A program made the translations under genes and the position numbers. DNA of 56,760 bases from the NCBI GenBank assembly GCA_022813865.1, contig JALDZX010000088.1, forward strand, positions 1-56,760, given 5' to 3'. The first letter of the stretch is position 1. Each line of letters opens with the position of its first letter. The notes below the pieces were generated by a model that did not search any database, was not told the origin of the DNA, and saw only the letters and a list, made by a program, of their open reading frames with translations. Positions 48,937-56,760 of this stretch are shown in pieces. This DNA is from Xylographa opegraphella. Its lineage: Eukaryota.

Positions 48937-49636
48937 GACAGGAAATCAACAGCAGTAGAGGCTTATCCGTCCAGACAGCAATCAATCCACGTGAGAATGA
49001 CTGGTTGTGGAATCATGATATGGCCAAATGTATATTCACATATCTATCGACGACCGGCGCAAATCTGAGAGAGGATCGCAAGGCTCTGAGACAGTCGGAC
49101 AGTGGATAGGATACGTCGGATCGATGAAGGAGACGGAGTGTAAGGAGACGACACGTTGCCTGAGCACAGAATAGGGAGCCAAGGGACACGACCACTGGGT
49201 TGAAGATGTACCCGTTACCCGCATCGTGAAAGCTGGCCATGGTTCGCACTCAGAATTGCATGTGTGATGTGGGGACCATTTTGGGCGAGGGGGCAGCTGT
49301 ACTCGCTTGGGGATGGGCGGGCTGTTAGCGCCACGACCGTTGACCTTCAACTGTCCCACCGCCCCCGTCATTTCTCGGTCGCATGGCAGCTGCATTAGAT
49401 CCTGCACCACGCCGACCCTCTGCTGGGTATTGCCCCTCACGGCCCGTCTGATTCGCTCGTATCATGTATGCGGCTTCCGGCCTCTGCTGCGAAAATATTT
49501 GTATTCCCTCGCTGACAGCGGAAGGATGCAGCGACGGTACAGACTGCCGTACCGTTGCGCGGGTGTTACTTTGGTCTTCTCACCATACAGCCGTGACAGT
49601 CTGTGGTGCAAGGAGGTATCCTAGAAGCGGCAGTCA

Positions 49637-50612
49637 TCACTGCCTGCCTGCATAATCCCTCTTCCAGATGCTGTCAAATGCATCGGCATCTACCGCAAAC
49701 TCCCTGATAAAATCACGCTCGAGATCATGCGTTCTCGTTCCAAGCAGGACAAGACTATGCAAAGGGGAGCCCATATCGACCTCAGTCAGTTGCTGCAAGG
49801 ATCCGACTGTCATGTGTTGGTTTTCTGCACCTATTCGTGCAACCCCAACCGCCAGACTATCCGGTCCATAGACTCCTTCCGCCCTCTGTCCTTCGATCTC
49901 GATCATCTGCTCGGCACATTGCGAGACGGTCATGTACCTCGGTGGGTCGAATATTTTCTTCCCTCTGGCAAGGTTCTCGAGGGATTGTTCCTTAACTTTA
50001 ATGTCCAGTAACACAAGAGTGTGCAACCCAATATTCCGGTTTTCTTTGATGCGGTCATAGAATGAACAGGGTTTCCAGGATTCGGTGAAGAAGACCATGC
50101 TCACGGTCTGTCCAAAATTGTAGAGCTGGAGCCCAGTACTACCAATGGCAGACATAATTGAGGCGTTGGCGATATTTCGTACAGGTATCTTTAGCTCGCG
50201 GGCACGTAGGACAAGGTCGGTGTGAGTAGTAGCGCTACAACCGATGAGCGTGATACTTTCTATAAAATCGCAAGCATTGGAGGTAATACCCGTATGGATC
50301 CCCGACCACAAGAAAAGCAACGTCCGACGTGTCGGCTCCGGCTAAGATCTGATCACTGGATGACTCGACCATTTCCCTATCCGCGACAATCACAGAGCGG
50401 CCATAGTAGGCTTCCTACTGCATTTTCGGGCTTAGGCCAAGATCAATGACTCGATATTTGAGTGGGAATTAATTTACCAGTGTCTCTCTGTCGACAAGAA
50501 GCATGCTTGTGTAGGTTTCCAAGTAAACTCTGGCAGCTTTCTTGACGATGCTTAGGCCCTTGACAGTTATATCGGTCTCGTCTGCGAGCCCGAGGCCCAC
50601 GAGATACAGCAT
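49637..50612 (-). CDS. DPH5: Diphthine methyl ester synthase; complement(join(49637..50234,50290..50414,50478..50612)), 285 aa
   Basis: Motifs [73 protein letters not shown]. Confidence 0.95.
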
Positions 50613-51027
50613 GTTTGCCCTTTTACAGAACAAGATCCAATTATGCAAGAACTAAGCTTAGGTGAACCTTTTTGATGTATCAGAGTTTGTATGGAAGTGC
50701 TCTGTACAACTTCCTGGCTTACGTTCACAAGAGGCAGCGTGGTAGACATATGGAGACACGCTAGGAACGGATGATCATTCAGACGCTCCGGCATCTGCTG
50801 CCTAGGTCGTAACCGTAACTCAGCTCCTCCTCTATACCTTGGCTATGTTTGCCGACCTCAACAATGAACCGCCATTTGGGGCAAGTGGCCTTCAGAGATG
50901 AAATCTTCGTTCGACCCCAGCATAGATCGTCGCTTTGTATGAGCTGCCAAGGTCTCCAGGAACCTTTGACGATTCTGCACAAGCTGGATGTGTAGTTACA
51001 AACTCATTACTTCCCAAACAACTCGCG

Positions 51028-52378
51028 ATGGCGGAAAAACAAGCGAAGTACAAGTTGGAAATCCAGCAGGTGAGAGGATGTCTCTTTGATTAAACAGTAC
51101 ACCCTTCCCCAGTTAAATGCTGCCAAGCCCCCGTTTTACTTAAGGCTCTCATCTACACTTTACACATATCAGAAAAGCCGTATTCAATGTCCTCATCCGC
51201 CCAGCAAGATACACAGGGCACTTAGCCGATACTGTGTTATAACACGCGAGTGCTGTGATTGGTGGATGCTTCCTTGTTTGCAGAAGCTAGGCTCTATTGC
51301 TCTTGCTTGTAGAGGCGTCCCTGCCTAGCATGAGCAGAGAAGTGGCTAAGTTACTGTTACACTGTTCGGAGTACTAACACTGTGGTCATGGTAGATGATG
51401 TTTGTGTCAGGTGAGGCTGGAGAGGCCACCGCTGAGACGACAGGCATCATTGAGGAAATCGTGCGTCAGCAGGTTATAGAAATTGTGTGTGGTATTCGTT
51501 TTCACCATATTATTTCTTCGAATACTCATAACAGAAACAAGCTCACGCAATGTAACGACTCTGCTATTCGCCGGGGCTCACGTAGTATTGGGGTGGTTGA
51601 CCTCTTCTTTCTTATTCGCAAGGACATAGCCAAGACTGCGCGACTTAAGACATTTCTCTCATGGAAGGATGTGCGGAAGACAGCAAAAGATACCGATGAA
51701 AAGGGTGGGGACGCAGATATCGGTGCTGGAGATGACCCGATTGGTGGGGCTGATGTTCCTGGTGCTGGGGGACCAACAGTTGGTGATGCGACAAAGAAAA
51801 ACAAAAGGAGCAGGATAGTTCTACCATGGGACGTACAGAGTTTCTACGCTGAACAGGTCCCGGAACGGGAGGACGAGGAAGACGAGGATGAGGGCGAAAT
51901 GAACGAGGCAACCTTACAGCGTCTGAAGGCAGCTGATGAGCGGACAAAAGATATGACCAGAGAAGAATACGTTCATTGGAGCGAATGTCGTCAAGCATCT
52001 TTTACATTTCGGAAGGGCAAACGCTTTAGAGAGTGGGCGGCATTCGGAGTGGTTACTGATAGCAAGCCTAACGATGACATCATTGACATCCTAGGGTTTC
52101 TTACCTTCGAAATGGTTCAGACGTTGACCGAAGAGGCATTGAAGGTCAAAGCTGAAGATGATATTCATAAGAGCAAGTCCGGCAGCGAGGACTCACGCCA
52201 GGATAAGAAACGTAAACGTGAGACAGGCCTTTTCGATCCACCAGCCGAGGGACATGCACCTGTTGGGCCGCACCATGTGCAGGAAGCGTATCGTAGATTG
52301 CAGAAACAGGCCAATAAGCCAAAGGTATGGATGGGAGGACCAAGGGCATTACAACGTACAAAGATCCAATTGATCTGA
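51028..52378 (+). CDS. SPT3: SAGA subunit Spt3; join(51028..51069,51395..51484,51542..52378), 322 aa
   Basis: Motifs [92 protein letters not shown]. Confidence 0.95.
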
Positions 52379-52649
52379 GGATTTGAAGCAAGGCCTGTTC
52401 GTCGGAAACCGTTTTCAAGAATTAGGCAGTGAGCAAGAAACAGAGCTGTGACTGGACGCATTTCGCATGAACACGTCAAATACAGCTCCATATACGGTGG
52501 TGGGCTGGATTTCTTGTATGAGTCTGGATTTTGAATCACGTTGAAGCACTTTGAGCCCAATCTTGCATTACACTGACAACGTAGATATAGTTAGTATAAT
52601 CATTTGAAATATCCAGAGCATGATTGACGATTCAAGTTGATATAATATG

Positions 52650-53300
52650 TCAACAAATGATTCCATGGCCTTCAACGCTCTCCTCCCGCTTGATGCCTAC
52701 TCCTCCTTCAGTCTTTCTCCGCCTGTCCCTCCGCTTTCTCCTCTTCTCTTCCCTCGCTCTCTCATCATTTGCCGCTCTGACTTCCAATCGAGCTCGTAGA
52801 TCCACTATGCCTGTCAATTTCTCCTCCTCTCTCTCCCTCTTCAACCATGCCAATCTCTCCCTGACTTCCTCCACTCCGGCTCTTTTGACTTCCCCACTCT
52901 GTCCCACTGACACAAGATGCTGCCGACTATTCAGGTGGTCCACAAACTGCAAATTGTCCTTGAAAGTCAAATCGCAATCCTCGCAATAAAAACCTGCTCC
53001 TTTGCCTCTCTTGCCAGTCGCGGCACCAACAGGCACCAACGTTGTCTTTCCTACATTGCTGGCAACGTCGAGGCGAAAGGTACGAGAGTGACTTTGTTTG
53101 GCATTTGGGGGAGTGGAGGCGCGTGGGATATACTTCTTGCCTGCTAGCTTGGCTTCGTAGCGGGCTTTGCCTTCTTCTTTGACTTTGGCCTCGCGGGCTT
53201 CGGCTTTCGCGGCGTACTCCGCACGGTCCCAAGTTTTCCGGAACGAGGTGTCTGAGGTGGTTGAGTTATAGGCATTTGCCTTTTTAGGGACTTCGGACAT
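52650..53300 (-). CDS. SNU23: U4/U6.U5-associated matrin-type zinc-finger protein Snu23 (ZMAT2), 216 aa
   Basis: Motifs [43 protein letters not shown] and a basic coiled-coil tail. Confidence 0.88.
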   Translation of the reverse strand: MSEVPKKANAYNSTTSDTSFRKTWDRAEYAAKAEAREAKVKEEGKARYEAKLAGKKYIPRASTPPNAKQSHSRTFRLDVASNVGKTTLVPVGAATGKRGKGAGFYCEDCDLTFKDNLQFVDHLNSRQHLVSVGQSGEVKRAGVEEVRERLAWLKREREEEKLTGIVDLRARLEVRAANDERAREEKRRKRRDRRRKTEGGVGIKREESVEGHGIIC

Positions 53301-53525
53301 GTCAGTGTGGTGGTGGAGACTGAGGACGTAGTTGGACCGGGTGTGGCTTGGTTAAAGTGCGGAGAAGAATCAAGGTTTGGAACGCTCGTCGTCCTCAGCT
53401 CCTTTAGGGCCCTTTGCAGGTCTCATTCTTATGTCGATGTTGTACAAGGGATGTCTTGTGAAGTAATCTTGGCTATCGATAAATTACGCTATATCTGCCC
53501 CTTGCCCCCACCTCGACTCCCCACC

Positions 53526-54817
53526 ATGGCCGCCGCGCACATCCCTAACCTCCTCACTTCCCGTAATGCTCGGCCTCAGGGACGTGGACGTGGAAGGAAT
53601 AGCCGTGAACTCGACAATGACGAGCGCGAGGAAGAGCTGGAATCATCAAGAGCTCGGAAAGATAAGATCGTGCAGGGCACTGATAACGACGCTAACGTGT
53701 CCCGTATGAGTGCGGTGGAGGTGGGCTATCTTCATGATCCATATGCCAAACTATTTGCTACAGTCGGACAGCAGCGGCGGTTTCCAATCATAAACCGAGG
53801 TCTGAAACCAATTCCATCAAGGTGCTCTGCATCCATGCTAATGACACGTTGCTTCCAGGCACGTATGTCCGCACGCGTGCGATTGACAAGCTTGTCGAGG
53901 AATTCCTTTACTCCCGAGGCCCAACGCGAAAACAAGTCATAAGTCTTGGAGCTGGCTCCGATACACGTTACTTCCGCTTGATGAGTCGCGAGCAGCCTCC
54001 CAATGTACTCTATCACGAGCTTGACTTTCCAGTCAATACCGCACTCAAGATCGCCACTATTCAAAAGACGCCTTCGCTTCGGAGCCATATTGACGATCCC
54101 TTCTCTGTTCTTTCGACGGACATAGAGCTTCACGCACCAAATTACCACATTCACGCAATTGATCTGCGTACTCTTGACCGTGCATATGGTCAACCCGTTG
54201 GTCCAGGAAAACTAGGGCATATTGACCCGGCCTTGCCGACTTTACTGGTCTCGGAATGCTGTTTGACTTACCTGGCTCCTGACACAGCCGATGCCGTCAT
54301 CAAACACTTCGTAGGAATCTTGTCTCTTTCCACACCCGTCGCCCTTGTCCTATACGAGCCGATCAACCCCTTTGACTCTTTTGGTAAGGTCATGATTGCA
54401 AATCTTGCTGCAAGAGGCATCGTCATGCAAACAATCCAAAAGTACCACAGCCTAGATACACAAAAGGAAAGACTGTGGAATTACGGATTTGTAAACGGGG
54501 GTGGTGCTGAAGATATAGACTTCCTATATCATGAGTGGGTGGACGCAAGAGAGAAAGCACGAATCGGCAAACTGGAGATGCTGGATGAGGTCGAGGAGTT
54601 GAACCTCCTAGCTAAGCATTATTGTGTGGCATGGGGTTTCAGAGAAGGAAAGCAAACGCAAGAAGCGGAAGGGACAACGGAAGGAAAGGATGAAATTAAA
54701 GGTGACGGAAAGGGTACTTCGACTTGGAATAGGTGGAGGGCATTACCGGGCACACTTGAGGCTCCCTCGGTAAGGGAAGATTTGCCATCATCGCTCGCCG
54801 GAAATTATTGGGGCTGA
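53526..54817 (+). CDS. PPM1: Leucine carboxyl methyltransferase 1 (PP2A methylation); join(53526..53799,53859..54817), 410 aa
   Basis: Motifs [81 protein letters not shown]. Confidence 0.93.
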
Positions 54818-55674
54818 TATCATGGTATTTCCGTTAAGGTGCCAGATATTTCCGCCGTAGCGAATGTTTGGTCCGTGACCAGACTTAGCAAAATCTGGGA
54901 TTGGCTTCGGACGACGTATGATGAGGGCTGAGTGTGTATCACGATACAACTGCATGTATTTGACAAGAAGGCTCTTATTAAACGCCCGTGTCCTGTTGAT
55001 CGCTATGAAATTGTATACACCAGGTACCAATTTGACGTGGAGCCTTGATAATACTGGGTAACGCCTCGGGGTCCTCGAAAACCAACACAGAAAACGCATT
55101 TCGGCATTGTCTTAAGTAAGTCATATTCCTTTTCTCGATTGTCTCTAAGTCTATCAGTACGTCCGCGTATTTACGTGAACGAACTCAAGAAAAATGTGGT
55201 TATGTATCAAAGAAAGAAAACTTACCAACTGTGCATCGTACGTGCAGCATTGATGTAAACCATTTTTTACTACGAAATACTCGTCTGTCGATGAAGCTCT
55301 CATTTCTTATGTGGATCATAAGTTATTCCGTAGAGTAGGTGAAAAGCAAATCTTAGCAACACTTGATAGCTATACTATATGTAGGACAACGAATATAGGA
55401 TCCACAGAGTTAGGATATAGCGCGGCAATCTCTGTGCATGGTTTCGTACAGTTTTGCCACCCTCGTGCTCATTTGGATTTTTGGGTCTATTTTCTTTACC
55501 ATATTGCTCTCATCAGCCATAAGACCGCGCATGTTATGGGCACAGTGAACACACATCGCAAAGACAATCCCCAAGCTCGAACGACGGAGCTTCGGTATCG
55601 GCTCGGCTCGGCTTTTTCATAAACGCCAATTCCATGGAACTCTGAGGGCATATTCATGAATCCCAGCCGTTCCG

Positions 55675-56469
55675 TCACTCAAGCTTGTCCAGATGCTCCA
55701 ACCTTGTCAGCACGACCTGTTTACTGGTCTCCTCGATCTCCCCAGCGAGAAAAACTTCGTCGAGAATAGCGTAGACCTGAATCCACCAAAATCAGCCAAC
55801 ATCTCCACATTTGTAATGCAACCCTTCCTCTTAGCCCCTTCTGGCCCTAATCCCGACAAATTGCCACATCACATCCCTCTCACCTCTCGCCTACAACCAC
55901 AGACCGACACCTACCTTCCAAAAATTGAACACCAAATCCAATTCGCACACATTCCCAAAAAAGCTGTCCAAAACCTCTACGAAAAAATGGATAGCCTCCA
56001 GGTAGCTTAGCTCATTGTCATTTGCGTCCACACAAACGCAGAAGAAGAGCCCCGCGTATCGCCGGTACACGATCTTAAGTGAGCGAAATTCGACAAAATT
56101 CGACTGGTATTTCTGGTCCCGGGGTGCGATAAGCCGATGCACTTCACCTTTGAGCTTGATTTTCTCTTCGTCCTGAGAGGGGCGTCAGGAATTGCATGGT
56201 GAGGGACAGAGAGGGGAGAGTACACTGTATGGGGAGTACCATTTTGCAAGGCGTGTCTTCCCTCTGTGAGATAAAGGTAGTTAGTGACTTCTTCCTGCAG
56301 ATGAAGAGCAGATGGAGGGATGACTGGATAGGGTAGCGCAGGGCACAGGGCATCCTTGATCAATAAGGTGGAGAAAGGCATGCATGGTGAGAAGGAAAAG
56401 ACCACTGAAGAGAAGAGAAGGCAAGTCTACTCACTGCCTATTCTGTATCAGGATGAACGAAAGCACCAT
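55675..56469 (-). CDS. APS2: AP-2 clathrin adaptor complex sigma subunit; complement(join(55675..55776,55915..56172,56224..56263,56435..56469)), 144 aa
   Basis: Motifs [91 protein letters not shown]. Confidence 0.93.
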
Positions 56470-56619
56470 CTTGCTGACACCACATTGTGCATTACAGCAG
56501 TACGAAGCCACCAATGGATGGAGTTCAGAAGTGTTTCGGCATAAGTATTTCCGTCCCGATATTCGGCTTCGGAGCTACAGTCTGTACTATGTTAGTTCAG
56601 AATTAAAGATAACGGACGA

Positions 56620-56760
56620 TAGACTCCGTTACCGAGTAACGAGCCACACCCTAGAAGCGAGCCACTAAATTAAGCGAGACGCGAGGGCCAGGGCACGTAT
56701 TGTTACGGCTCATCAACTCACCACACAAGCACGCCTAGAACGTAAGCTTTAGGTGGACGA
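56620..56760 (+). mobile_element. Start of a second Fot1/pogo-type DNA transposon copy: TA (56620-56621), TIR (56622-56673) and subterminal sequence running off the window
   Basis: TIR GACTCCGTTACCGAGTAACGAGCCACACCCTAGAAGCGAGCCACTAAATTAA is 47/52 identical to the reverse complement of 575-626. Confidence 0.8.

Noticed and set aside
51070..51394. TPP riboswitch in the SPT3 intron
   Set aside because: The conserved aptamer motifs (CUGAGA, CCUGAU) are absent and the host gene is unrelated to thiamine. Kept only as an unknown structured RNA.
53307..53525. Upstream GTG-initiated extension of PPM1
   Set aside because: Non-ATG start spanning the shared SNU23/PPM1 promoter. The ATG at 53526 has a strong CCACCATGG context and gives the family-typical N-terminus.
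55777..55914. C/D snoRNA in APS2 intron 3 (GTGATGT...CTGA)
   Set aside because: The C box is imperfect, the CTGA is simply the branch-point sequence, and there is no terminal stem.

Overview
Gene-dense, intron-containing eukaryotic DNA from a filamentous ascomycete (Pezizomycotina), with one 50-N scaffold gap inside a (CCT)n microsatellite. About 21 protein-coding genes can be reconstructed by hand from GT-AG introns and branch points. Most are core housekeeping genes: SS18/SSXT-like protein, CNS1, HIS5, a large DnaJ protein, NMA111, IST1, PRP3, RPA190, RKR1/listerin, RAD3/XPD, TAM41, BIR1, an F-box protein, BLI-3, FlbE, DPH5, SPT3, SNU23, PPM1 and APS2. Both ends of the window run into copies of the same Fot1/pogo-type DNA transposon: 52-bp TIRs (47/52 identical) each next to a TA and pointing out of the window. 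The left copy is an AT-rich, RIP-like transposase remnant. No rRNA, tRNA, CRISPR array or secondary-metabolite cluster was found. The most interesting non-annotated signals are: (i) a long, highly structured SPT3 intron with pseudoknot and alternative pairings around a cryptic poison acceptor; (ii) in-frame upstream ATGs giving mitochondrial-presequence-like extensions on NMA111 and BLI-3; (iii) a stop-free in-frame 237-nt intron in the DnaJ gene; (iv) a TAAGGTA/TACCTTA heptamer strongly enriched in intergenic DNA; (v) unusually degenerate splice sites, including a CAGTAG acceptor in DPH5 whose first AG would create a stop. Gene identities come from recalled family motifs, not database searches.
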